Of a stretch of DNA of 64,000 nucleotides, positions 54,465-64,000 are shown piece by piece. Each line of letters begins with the position of its first letter. Position 1 is the first letter of the stretch. A program made the translations under genes and the position numbers. The stretch is from a virus. Its lineage: Duplodnaviria > Caudoviricetes. The stretch is from IMG/VR virus record IMGVR_UViG_3300028805_000056, positions 32,001 through 96,000 of that record; one strand, given 5' to 3'. The notes under the pieces were generated by a model. The model was not told the DNA's origin. It worked only from the letters and a program-made list of their open reading frames with translations, and made no database searches.

Positions 54465-55580
54465 TTATTGTCTGTTATGTATCCTATCTGACATTTTATA
54501 AACTGTAGGTTCTATAACACCAAGTGTAAATGCAATAATGTTGGTTACACCCAGTTGTTTTAACTTTAGACAGAAATCATCTAACGTAGCACCGCTTGAT
54601 ATGTTGTCGTCAAAAACTACAACCGATTTACCTGACAGTTTATGTTGCATTTCAAGATATTGTGGATTTATATCAAACAGTCCTTCAATTGCCCTACGGT
54701 TTTTATCATCCAAAGATTTGATTTGCCAACTCTTAACATTACCATTTGCATCAACTGTAGAATCTCTGCCGCGTTTTCCCTTTCTTAGGATTCCTATTTG
54801 ATCTTGGTAATTTTTAAGTAAGTCTTGTTTCTTTGTAAATTCTAAAGATGGTCTACCCCGTTTTCTTGTTGCAATAATTTGGTTTATTTCATTTTCTAGA
54901 CTTGCAATTTTTCTTCTTAAATCTCTAATATCCTCATCACTGTGCCATTTTTCGACTTGTCTCTGTAATGTATGGATTTCTGAATCGGTCATTCCAATTT
55001 CCTTTGCTACATCCGTATTCACATATATTCCTCTAACATTCTTTACTAACATATCAGGTTTTAATTGTATACCAGATGACGATGGAAAATATTTCATTAT
55101 TGCGTTTAGCATCAATTTATTAAATCCCGAAGATGATTGTGGGCAAGTGAAATAATCAACAGGAGAATTACCAATGAGAGCCTTTATATATAATGCGCTT
55201 CTATCAATGAAGTAATTTATTGACTCTGAGTATTTATCTTCACCCTGATTCCATACTACATCGTTGCCTTCAAGGTCTTTATGATGTTTTAGTGCTTTAT
55301 TTACCTTCATTGTTTTACCTAAGTCATACAGATTATAGGACATTACGTTACTTTTTGGTAATAGTTTTTCAGTTACTTTAAATGTTTTGTCGGCATTAAA
55401 AATTTCTGTGTTGGCTAATCTGTCAGTGTTTGGCTTGAAACTGAAAACACCATTTCTCATACCAAACCCTTCGTTTTCCGGATTTTCCAACATACCGGAT
55501 TCAGAAATCACATTCCTTCCATTAACAATTCTTTCGTATAGTTCCTTATATTGTTTCTCACTGATAATAATACGCCTCAT
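54465..55580 (-). CDS. Phosphoribosyltransferase-like protein with a coiled-coil insert
   Basis: VVVFDDNISSGATL PRPP-binding loop; PQSSS; TATTTAT upstream. Confidence 0.7.
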   Translation of the reverse strand: MRRIIISEKQYKELYERIVNGRNVISESGMLENPENEGFGMRNGVFSFKPNTDRLANTEIFNADKTFKVTEKLLPKSNVMSYNLYDLGKTMKVNKALKHHKDLEGNDVVWNQGEDKYSESINYFIDRSALYIKALIGNSPVDYFTCPQSSSGFNKLMLNAIMKYFPSSSGIQLKPDMLVKNVRGIYVNTDVAKEIGMTDSEIHTLQRQVEKWHSDEDIRDLRRKIASLENEINQIIATRKRGRPSLEFTKKQDLLKNYQDQIGILRKGKRGRDSTVDANGNVKSWQIKSLDDKNRRAIEGLFDINPQYLEMQHKLSGKSVVVFDDNISSGATLDDFCLKLKQLGVTNIIAFTLGVIEPTVYKMSDRIHNRQ

Positions 55581-55645
55581 ATGTTAAAATCTTACTTTTA
55601 TAAATACTTTACTATATTGGAAAATATTGTATATTTGTTATGTAA

Positions 55646-56776
55646 ATGAAGACAGAGAAACTTACAAACGATGAGTTTATATCCAAGGCCAAGGAAATAC
55701 ACGGTGACAAGTACGATTATTCTAATACATTGTATAAGGACAATCGCAGCTATATCCGTATCATTTGTCCTGAGCATGGGGAATTTAAGTTGAAGCCGAA
55801 GGACCACCTTAATGGTGTCGGTTGTCCTGAATGTGCAAAGGAACCGACAACAGAGGACTTTATTGAAAGGGCAAGGAAGATACACGGCGACAAATATGAC
55901 TACTCCAAGGTTGATTATAAGAAACCATTCATAAATGTGATAATAACCTGCCCGATACATGGGGACTTCAAACAAAGACCTGCTGTCCACCTAAGCGGTA
56001 GGGGATGTGCGGAATGTTTTAATGACTCAAAAAATAGATTGGCATATTGTCCGAATGAATTCTATAATAAGGATAATGTAAGCGTCGGCGAATTTAAGAC
56101 CATTGAGGAGATGATGAATTTCCCGATAAAAGATGTGTGGGATATAAATAGGACAAAATCTAACAAGTTCAATCTGTATAGATCAAATGGTATGAGATTC
56201 TTCATCCTGTGTAATTGGTGTAAAAAAATGCGGGATCCGGAAAAATACATATTGATAATGAAATACAAAAGCGGAAAGATCAAATGTCTTGATACCAATA
56301 ATAATGAAATAGAAAAAAATACAATGGATAGAAGAAATTTTTTAAGAAAATTTGGCATTGGATTAGGTGCATTAACACTTCCAAATAATGCAAAATCACA
56401 AGAAACTAAGAAACTGACATATAGTTTTGATGAGATATTTTACCGTCCTTATGAAGGTAATCAAAATTTAATATATGTTAAGGACAATAGCATCCTTGCT
56501 GATAAGATATATGCAACTGGTAGAGTAGATAAAAATTACAAATCGGAATATAGTGTCGGAATGTATTTCCCTGTTCGTGACATTTTTCTTGAATTAAAAG
56601 ATGAATATTATGAACAAGATTTTGCCGGTATTATATTTTATTTAAAAAACAAGGATCCTCATATTTTTAGATTCATACCATTTGATAATTGGAAGAGTGG
56701 GAGAAGTCCTATGAGATTTATATTAAATAAAGAAGGTTATATGCAATCAGAATTTTTATCAAAAAGTTATTTTTAA
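55646..56776 (+). CDS. Chimeric ORF: two HGDKYDYS zinc-ribbon repeats (DUF723-like) plus an internal Tat-signal domain
   Basis: Repeats FI.KA..IHGDKYDYS...I.CP.HG.F..P..HL.G.GC.EC; internal MDRRNFLRKFGIGLGAL. Confidence 0.6.
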   Translation: MKTEKLTNDEFISKAKEIHGDKYDYSNTLYKDNRSYIRIICPEHGEFKLKPKDHLNGVGCPECAKEPTTEDFIERARKIHGDKYDYSKVDYKKPFINVIITCPIHGDFKQRPAVHLSGRGCAECFNDSKNRLAYCPNEFYNKDNVSVGEFKTIEEMMNFPIKDVWDINRTKSNKFNLYRSNGMRFFILCNWCKKMRDPEKYILIMKYKSGKIKCLDTNNNEIEKNTMDRRNFLRKFGIGLGALTLPNNAKSQETKKLTYSFDEIFYRPYEGNQNLIYVKDNSILADKIYATGRVDKNYKSEYSVGMYFPVRDIFLELKDEYYEQDFAGIIFYLKNKDPHIFRFIPFDNWKSGRSPMRFILNKEGYMQSEFLSKSYF

Positions 56777-56781
56777 GAAAT

Positions 56782-57072
56782 ATGGAAAATGCAAGTAAAT
56801 GTCGTGAATTAACAAACAATCGTAGCCTGTTCTATACGATTATGTACGAAAAGGACCACCCAGTTATTATGGGGAGAATAGAGTCTGCAATTATGACCGC
56901 AGTTGAAAACGGTCAATACATCGTCTCAATAGAGATGCATAACCTGTCGTCTTATGACATTAAAATGATCACAAGAGTGCTGGAATATTACGAATTCTCA
57001 GCAGATTGGCACCCAATACAGAATGATGACGAATCCTGTCAAACCATATCTTTGGTAATTCATTGGGCATAA
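56782..57072 (+). CDS. Hypothetical protein
   Basis: 96 aa. Confidence 0.6.
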   Translation: MENASKCRELTNNRSLFYTIMYEKDHPVIMGRIESAIMTAVENGQYIVSIEMHNLSSYDIKMITRVLEYYEFSADWHPIQNDDESCQTISLVIHWA

Positions 57073-57095
57073 AATATTTTTTGTATATTTGAAAT

Positions 57096-57770
57096 ATGAG
57101 AGTAGTAGTTCTATCTGATTTACACGGAAACCTTATCAAGGTTAAGGAACCGTTTGATCTTATGATAATTTGCGGAGATGTGTGCCCCGTAACTGATCAC
57201 AGAAACCAATTCCAACGGGAATGGATTAATAACGAATTTTCAGAATGGATAAAGGAACTTCCATACATTGACGACGAAAGTAAGGTCGTAATGATTCCCG
57301 GTAATCACGATTTCGTGTTCGAGAGTATATCAAAAAAGAGATTAAACGAGTTCCTGTCAAAGACAGACGGAAGACTTGTATATCTTGACAATGAGGAATA
57401 TTGGTTCAAGGGACTGCACATCTTCGGATGCCCGTACTGTAAACCATTACCCGGTTGGGCATTCTGTAGGGATAATCTTGACAAGTACTATTCATATATC
57501 CCAAATAACCTTGACATACTGATTACACACGATGCCGCAGATTTTGACAAACTCGGAACAACAACAGAAGGACATAATGCGGGTAGGAACTTCGGAAACA
57601 AACTTCTTGGTGAATATATCCTGAAAACAAAACCCCGCTACTACTTCTGCGGACATATCCACACAGGTACACACGGTTTACATAAATATGAGGGAATAAG
57701 GGTGGCTAATACCTCAATACTTAACGAAGACTATCAAGTAACCTATGAACCACTGCTTGTCATAATATAA
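57096..57770 (+). CDS. Calcineurin-like metallophosphoesterase
   Basis: SDLHG, CGD, PGNHD, ITH, CGHIH. Confidence 0.9.
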   Translation: MRVVVLSDLHGNLIKVKEPFDLMIICGDVCPVTDHRNQFQREWINNEFSEWIKELPYIDDESKVVMIPGNHDFVFESISKKRLNEFLSKTDGRLVYLDNEEYWFKGLHIFGCPYCKPLPGWAFCRDNLDKYYSYIPNNLDILITHDAADFDKLGTTTEGHNAGRNFGNKLLGEYILKTKPRYYFCGHIHTGTHGLHKYEGIRVANTSILNEDYQVTYEPLLVII

Positions 57771-57801
57771 AATAATAAGATAAAAAAAAAAATATAAAAT
57801 T

Positions 57802-58164
57802 ATGGGAGATAAAGTTTTAACTTTTGATTATTCAGATATACAGCCATATACGTTTAATAGTAGTGCTGCTATATCTTCAGATTCAAGCAGTTGTCTTACT
57901 TACAAAGCGGATTATTTAACCACAAAAGTAAACACAAGTACGGATTGGAACACAAGTATCACAACAGATGAATTTTGGCCAAATTACACTTTCCAAAACT
58001 ATTTTACATATAATAAATCCGATGTTGAAAAAGAAATTACCGACGAAATTAATAGGTTACTTTGTGAGGGATTGGAACACAAATACTTTATTAAGACCAC
58101 TCCAAAAGACCGATTGAAGATTAAGAAAGTGAAAATAAATAAATGTTACCTAATAAATTTTTAA
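57802..58164 (+). CDS. Hypothetical protein
   Basis: 120 aa. Confidence 0.55.
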   Translation: MGDKVLTFDYSDIQPYTFNSSAAISSDSSSCLTYKADYLTTKVNTSTDWNTSITTDEFWPNYTFQNYFTYNKSDVEKEITDEINRLLCEGLEHKYFIKTTPKDRLKIKKVKINKCYLINF

Positions 58165-58170
58165 ATCACT

Positions 58171-58503
58171 ATGAAGAGAATCGATTACATTATTCGAAAC
58201 AAGAAGGGTGTCCTTAAGGACGACTATCAGTTCAGAGAAAAGAAGGTTAGAAGAACCCTCGAAGATGCTATTGACTACGCCGAAGAACAAGCGTTTGATT
58301 CAAAGCGAAAGGCCGTTGACATTATCAACTCCGTGAAAGATGTTGCAGATGACAAGGAGAAGATTACAACAAAACTCAACGAGTATATCACGGAAAAGGA
58401 AAATGCCGAAGGATACTTGCGTACAAAGAAGTACCTTGAAGAGGTTAAGACACTGTTAGAAGAGGAAGTTGACTTCGAGGAAGATGAGGATGAAAAGAAG
58501 TAA
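58171..58503 (+). CDS. Hypothetical coiled-coil protein
   Basis: 110 aa; terminator at 58537-58565. Confidence 0.7.
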   Translation: MKRIDYIIRNKKGVLKDDYQFREKKVRRTLEDAIDYAEEQAFDSKRKAVDIINSVKDVADDKEKITTKLNEYITEKENAEGYLRTKKYLEEVKTLLEEEVDFEEDEDEKK

Positions 58504-58624
58504 TTTCTGTTTCATAGATTTTTAATTTTTTTTTAGAAAAGCAGGTATTTCACCTGCTTTTTTGTTTTTAATAATGTAAAGTTTCCTATATTTATTATAG
58601 AATATAATTCTATAGGGAAAAGTT

Positions 58625-61600
58625 ATGCCAAACGTTTTTATTAAAGTAGACGGTGAATATACACAATCCGCCAATTTTTATAGAAAAATAAATGGAGAAT
58701 GGTCGAGTATCACACAGGAAGAACTTATCTCTTATGTTGGTACAACAGTTTTCAATTATGGTGGAAATGTTAACAATACAAGGTTTGAAATTGCAGGACC
58801 AAGCAATGTTACGGCTGAAACCTGTTCCTGTGTTGCCATTCTTAATGGACAAACAGTCTCCAACGGCGTTTCATGGAGTATAACAAGTGGCGTACAATAC
58901 GCAACAATTGATACCGGTGGTACTGTTACAATACTATCAACGGCAGATGAATCAGAAATTGTGGTAACAGCCCAATATAACAGATATACTGCAAGCCTTA
59001 CAATGAATATAACATTCCTGTCAGGCTCTACATCAGAAACAACAGTCGAAACTGTAACTGACTCAAGTGGTAATACTACTACAACAACCACAACCACAAC
59101 TGAAAACGAGGATGGCTCATCAACAGAAACCACCACAACAGTCATTACTGATGAAAGCGGCAATACCATCGGAAGTACGGAAGTTAGTACTGAAACCAAT
59201 GCTGATGGTTCTTACACTGGTACAACCACGAACTATGACTCTGAAGGTAATGCAGTCGATGGTACTAATGTTGTCGGTGATTCAAGCGGTAACGTAAGTA
59301 CACAAGATGTTGAATATGATGAAAGCGGTAATACTGTGGTAACATCATACACAATTGATACAAGCGGTAATCCTAATGGTGAGAAAAACTTCAATGGTGA
59401 CGGTATTAACACTGAGTACTATGCATTTGATATGACACACGGATTCGTTGTCGAACTTAACTTTACCATTGACTTTTCAAATCAACCGGCAGGACAGAAT
59501 GAAAACCACCACCAGATACTTTCTGCAAAGAGAGCAACACCAACGCCTTGGTATGGTTTCCAAATAAGACAGTCAGGTACTAACAAGTACATACAACTCG
59601 GTACACAGTTTGCAACTGGTAGTAATACCAATACAACAATCAGTGCACAAACAATTACGAACAATGTTGCTGAATACAATATTACTATAACATATAATCC
59701 AACAGCAAGTACAAATACATTTGTATGTTATGACAATATTAAAGACAGTGTTGTTTACAGAAGCAATAATGTCTTCCCTGACATCGATGACTTGAAATAC
59801 CTTAAGGTGACTCTCGGTCATGGTATGGACGAAAATGGTGACCCATACAGATATTCAAACATTGATGTTAAAAACTTTGTAATTAAAAGACTTAATAACG
59901 TGGCGGATCCTGCTATCACTTGCGATGGTATGGAAGTTACTATTACTTGTGCTACACAAGGTGCAGATATCTACTACAGATTAGGCAATGCGGGTCTGTA
60001 TTCTACCTATACCGCTCCTATTTCGATAAGTGCGGATACTGTTGTATATTCATATGCTGAATTAAACGGTGACAAGAGTAATACTATATCTCAACTCTGC
60101 GTATATGACAATGGTATTGAGAATCCCGTCATCACTTGCGATGGTATGGAAGTTACAATTACCTGTGTAACACAAGGCACAACTATATACTACAAAAGAG
60201 AACAAGAGGCTTCCTATTCTACATATAATGCACCATTTTCCATAAGTGCTGATACAGTCGTCTATGCATATGCAGAATATAGCGGGCTTACAAGTAGCGT
60301 AGTGTCAGCAACTTGCGTTTATGACAACGGCATTGAAGCACCAGTTATATACTGCGATGGAGAAAATGTTACCATTACTTGTAACACACCAAGTGTTGAC
60401 CTTTATTATAAATTGAATCAGGAAACGGGATATACCGTATATGATGATGCAATTACAATAAGCGCGGACACTGTTGTTTATGCATATGCTGAATTGAATG
60501 GTGCAACGAGTAATGTTGTATCAGCAACTTGTGTATACAGCCCAATAGTATTGGTAAGTCCTGTTATTACTTGCGACGGTGAATTTGTAACAATCACTTG
60601 TGAAACACAAAATTCAACAATATTATATAAAATAGGACAGGAAGGTACATATGCCGCATATACAGTTGCATTCCCAATAAGTGCGGATACTACAGTTTAC
60701 GCATACTCACAGTACAATGGACAGACAAGTACCGTTGTTTCAGAGAATTGCATATACAATCCTGTTCACGATTACAGTAAGGATTACCTCACATTCAGAA
60801 TAACGAGTGGTGGCACTATCTGTTGGAAATCAGTCGGAAGCGGTTATGCTAAAACAATAGAATACAGTCTTAATGGCGGGGAATGGACATCTATAACCGC
60901 CGCATCCACACCACCATCAATTTCAGTGGCTGAAGGCGACGTTATAATGTTTAGAGGAACTAATCAAACATATGCAGGAAATAAATCAAATTATTCGTCA
61001 TTCGGTCACGATACCAGTGGTAGCACAGACGTGGGTTCAACCGCACATTTCACTATTGAAGGTAATATAATGAGTCTTATCTATGGTGATAACTTTAGTG
61101 GACATACAACATTCAATGGAGGAACATATAATTTATGTTCAATATTCAAACGTACAAATGTAGAATCTGCTGAAAATCTTGTATTACCTGCAACTACATT
61201 AACAAATTACTGTTATCGTGCAATGTTCAGCTGGTGTACTTCATTAATGACACCACCACAATTACCTGCAACTACATTGGCTCAAGGCTGTTATTGGTAT
61301 ATGTTTGAGCAATGTCCGATGACTACGGCACCTGACCTTCTTGCTGAGACATTGATACGAGAGTGCTACGGATATATGTTCACAGGTTGTGGAAACCTTA
61401 ATTATATCAAATGTCTTGCAACAAATGTTGCATCCCCGCCAGCTTCAGCATTAACGGGATGGGTTAGCAATGTGGCTGCTACAGGTACATTCGTAAAGGA
61501 TACAGACACAACTTGGTCAACAGGTAACAACGGTATTCCAAACGGATGGACAATATATGATAATACAGCAGTAGCCTCACCGGTAATAACATATGACGGA

Positions 61601-63739
61601 TTTAATACTGTATCAATATCTTGTGCGACACAAGGTGCTGACATATATTATAATGTGAATCATCTTAGAAGTTATACATTATATACCGCTCCGTTTACGA
61701 TAAGCGATGATTCATATGTTGAAGCATATGCCATACTTGGCGGACAGAGTAGTAACACATTGACTCAGAACTGTGTTTATGTCAGTGATGTACCGGTAGA
61801 AGCATCGAACAGAGACATTAAATATTGGACAAATAACGGACAAACAATTACAACGCCTTATTCAGTTAATGCAATTGACGGACACTCGTCAAGTTATTCA
61901 AGGGGTACATTTAACTTTGAATCGAGTTTTGCACTAAGACAAGCACAACCCGCATACTTATGGTTCCAACACGCAGACCAATCAGCATCTGTATATATAG
62001 ACGATACATTGGTTGAGAAGCATTGGGGTGGCTATACCGCATTCTTTGTTGATATATCCAATTATGTTCATAGCGGAACAAATAATGTAAAGGTGGCATT
62101 GAAGAACAACGAAGGTAATAACCTTGCACCGGCAGGTGGTGACTTTAACTTCAACGCAACACTCGGTAATGTGAAGTTACTGACAAGCCCGTGTTTACCC
62201 GCAATGAAATACGGCTATGACGGTTTCCACATCACATCTGATGTTGCCACTTCATCTGCAACAATATATGTGAGAACCACAGTTCCTACAGGTGCAACGT
62301 TAGTATGTACGATAAGCGGTACAAACTGTAATTACACTTCGACAAGTGCAAGTACGGGAGAAGAAATGACATTCAGCACAACTATTTCAAACCCCCATCT
62401 TTGGGGCGGTACAGCTGACCCATACCTGTATGATGTCAAACTCGAAATCTACAACAACAATGTGCTATATCATTCATTTGAAAGACCTTATGGACTTAGG
62501 TTCTATGAATATGTCTTCAATGAAACGATTAACGGAAACCCATATACAGGCTTCCTGCTCAATGGTTCACCATATCTCTTGAGAGGTGTATGTATGCACG
62601 ATGATATAGACGGTAAGGCCAATGCATTATCAGCAAGTGACTATGAACAGGAGTTCAACATTATACAGGAACTTGGTTGTAATTTCATCCGTCTTGCACA
62701 CTATCCTCATCCAAAGGAAGTATATGACAATTGTGATAGGTTAGGTATTGTAGTACAGACGGAGGCTCCTTGTGTAAATAAACTCCAATCTACTATGCCA
62801 TCCGATTACTATACACACCTTGAAGGACAATATACGGATATGGTAAATCAGCATTATAACCATCCTTGTATATTCTTTTGGGGTCTTAGTAACGAGACAA
62901 CAACTGATGATAAGGACTTCGGTAAGACAAAGATAGAGGGATACACAACCCTTATCAGAAGTCTTGACTCAGAACGTATGATTGGTTATGTGATGTCACA
63001 CAGTTGGGAAAACCCAAGTGCATATTATAACAATCCTGATGTTGACTGGTTCGGCTGTAATATCTACACAGGTTGGTATATTGATCAAAATTCAAATAAC
63101 CCGTCAAATCGCCTTAACACACGTATAAACAATATCATAACCACCTTACAGAAGCCAATGGCATATTCTGAGTATGGTTGTGGTGGTACACAGCGATGTC
63201 ACTCAGATAACTTTATGTCGACGACCACAAGGGGTAATAATGAGAGACACGATATTGAATATCAAATGTGGCTGCATGAGGGTCATATTGCTACAATAAA
63301 GAATTATCCACAATTAATGTTTACCGCACAATGGCAGTTGTTTGACATTGCGGTTGCAAACAGAAACGAGGGTTATACGGTATGTCTTGACGGTGAGAAT
63401 GCAACTACGGATGACAACCTCAGGAGATTGAACAACAAGGGTCTTGTTGAGAGAGACCACATCACGAAGAAGGATACGTTCTATCTCTATAAGGCATGGT
63501 GGAATCCGACACCATTCGTCCACATCTGCGGTAAGGATTATACAAAAACAACAGACAGAGTGATCAAGTGTTATACGAATGATGGTGCTTCATTGTCAAT
63601 GTATGTGAACAACACGTTTGTTGAAACGGTTAATGTAACTGACAACATTGCCACATTTACGGCAACGAACTTTAGTAATGGTGATGTTGTAAGGGTTGAG
63701 GGTACAAACACAAATGACACATTAACATTTGGTTCATAG
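58625..63739 (+). CDS. Multidomain putative virion protein with a C-terminal GH2 glycoside hydrolase
   Basis: Ig-like domain, T/S-rich repeats, five P.ITCDG..VTI.C Fn3/chitobiase-C-like repeats, LRR cassette; GH2 motifs LRGVCMH, IRLAHYP, NHPCIFFWGLSNE, YSEYG, NNKGLV. Confidence 0.88.
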   Translation: MPNVFIKVDGEYTQSANFYRKINGEWSSITQEELISYVGTTVFNYGGNVNNTRFEIAGPSNVTAETCSCVAILNGQTVSNGVSWSITSGVQYATIDTGGTVTILSTADESEIVVTAQYNRYTASLTMNITFLSGSTSETTVETVTDSSGNTTTTTTTTTENEDGSSTETTTTVITDESGNTIGSTEVSTETNADGSYTGTTTNYDSEGNAVDGTNVVGDSSGNVSTQDVEYDESGNTVVTSYTIDTSGNPNGEKNFNGDGINTEYYAFDMTHGFVVELNFTIDFSNQPAGQNENHHQILSAKRATPTPWYGFQIRQSGTNKYIQLGTQFATGSNTNTTISAQTITNNVAEYNITITYNPTASTNTFVCYDNIKDSVVYRSNNVFPDIDDLKYLKVTLGHGMDENGDPYRYSNIDVKNFVIKRLNNVADPAITCDGMEVTITCATQGADIYYRLGNAGLYSTYTAPISISADTVVYSYAELNGDKSNTISQLCVYDNGIENPVITCDGMEVTITCVTQGTTIYYKREQEASYSTYNAPFSISADTVVYAYAEYSGLTSSVVSATCVYDNGIEAPVIYCDGENVTITCNTPSVDLYYKLNQETGYTVYDDAITISADTVVYAYAELNGATSNVVSATCVYSPIVLVSPVITCDGEFVTITCETQNSTILYKIGQEGTYAAYTVAFPISADTTVYAYSQYNGQTSTVVSENCIYNPVHDYSKDYLTFRITSGGTICWKSVGSGYAKTIEYSLNGGEWTSITAASTPPSISVAEGDVIMFRGTNQTYAGNKSNYSSFGHDTSGSTDVGSTAHFTIEGNIMSLIYGDNFSGHTTFNGGTYNLCSIFKRTNVESAENLVLPATTLTNYCYRAMFSWCTSLMTPPQLPATTLAQGCYWYMFEQCPMTTAPDLLAETLIRECYGYMFTGCGNLNYIKCLATNVASPPASALTGWVSNVAATGTFVKDTDTTWSTGNNGIPNGWTIYDNTAVASPVITYDGFNTVSISCATQGADIYYNVNHLRSYTLYTAPFTISDDSYVEAYAILGGQSSNTLTQNCVYVSDVPVEASNRDIKYWTNNGQTITTPYSVNAIDGHSSSYSRGTFNFESSFALRQAQPAYLWFQHADQSASVYIDDTLVEKHWGGYTAFFVDISNYVHSGTNNVKVALKNNEGNNLAPAGGDFNFNATLGNVKLLTSPCLPAMKYGYDGFHITSDVATSSATIYVRTTVPTGATLVCTISGTNCNYTSTSASTGEEMTFSTTISNPHLWGGTADPYLYDVKLEIYNNNVLYHSFERPYGLRFYEYVFNETINGNPYTGFLLNGSPYLLRGVCMHDDIDGKANALSASDYEQEFNIIQELGCNFIRLAHYPHPKEVYDNCDRLGIVVQTEAPCVNKLQSTMPSDYYTHLEGQYTDMVNQHYNHPCIFFWGLSNETTTDDKDFGKTKIEGYTTLIRSLDSERMIGYVMSHSWENPSAYYNNPDVDWFGCNIYTGWYIDQNSNNPSNRLNTRINNIITTLQKPMAYSEYGCGGTQRCHSDNFMSTTTRGNNERHDIEYQMWLHEGHIATIKNYPQLMFTAQWQLFDIAVANRNEGYTVCLDGENATTDDNLRRLNNKGLVERDHITKKDTFYLYKAWWNPTPFVHICGKDYTKTTDRVIKCYTNDGASLSMYVNNTFVETVNVTDNIATFTATNFSNGDVVRVEGTNTNDTLTFGS

Positions 63740-63823
63740 GTATAATAAGAATAAGAATTTGAAAACGGACAGGTCATTTTTTTTTGGCTTGTCCGTTTTT
63801 TTTTGAAAAAAGTTGGCAAAAAA

Positions 63824-63855
63824 TTTGGTCATTTCAAAAAATTGTCTTACCTTTG
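63824..63855 (+). promoter_or_regulatory. Bacteroidota sigma70-type promoter
   Basis: TTTG-N20-TACCTTTG. Confidence 0.85.
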
Positions 63856-64000
63856 CAGCAGAAAACAAAATAATGGATATGGATAGTAGTACTTATTTAC
63901 CAATTAACATTTTTGAGGAGTTCGACATTTTAAGTCAGTCGAGGGCGCCCAAGTCAATAGTGTATGATTCTGAAATATATGAACTTGTTGTCAGACCGTA

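Noticed and set aside
33870-63739. Diversity-generating retroelement acting on LRR/fibre genes
   Set aside because: No reverse transcriptase and no TR/VR pair with adenine-specific mismatches seen in this window
1-64000. Lak-type TAG-to-Gln recoding or a suppressor tRNA
   Set aside because: Long ORFs are open in code 11, several end cleanly in TAG (e.g. 44590, 63739, 37047), and no CUA/UUA-anticodon tRNA was found

Overview
AT-rich, gene-dense 64-kb segment of a large (jumbo-type) dsDNA phage. The host is most likely Bacteroidota (Prevotella/Bacteroides-like), inferred from eight near-identical TTTG-N19/20-TAnnTTTG promoters and from Bacteroidales-type OmpA and lipoprotein genes. Coding is mostly on the minus strand up to ~40.4 kb and mostly on the plus strand after ~40.6 kb. 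Long ORFs are open in the standard code and several end in TAG, so there is no sign of Lak-type recoding. Protein content: arrays of paralogous small hypothetical genes, three beta-class amino-DNA methyltransferases, endolysin, PIF1 helicase, ThyX, HNH nucleases, host-like auxiliary genes (ACP, GrpE, Hsp20, YqeY, FkbM, RmlA, phosphoesterase-RmlD fusion, NUDIX, HD hydrolase, OmpA) and large LRR/Ig/GH2 putative virion proteins. The RNA content is the most unusual part, with about 23 tRNA genes plus several aberrant tRNA-like elements. Top observations: (1) a 36-codon leader peptide with terminator and antiterminator upstream of the main tRNA array, whose codons 3-26 use exactly the 12 amino acids of the downstream tRNAs (candidate tRNA-depletion-sensing attenuator); (2) two homologous ORF-less group I introns inserted after U34 of tRNA-Ser(UGA) and tRNA-Leu(UAA); (3) an orphan TnpB omegaRNA-like scaffold; (4) a transposase-less insertion cassette with 23-bp IRs and an 8-bp TSD; (5) several unassigned structured ncRNAs. 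All calls were made by eye; no database searches were run.
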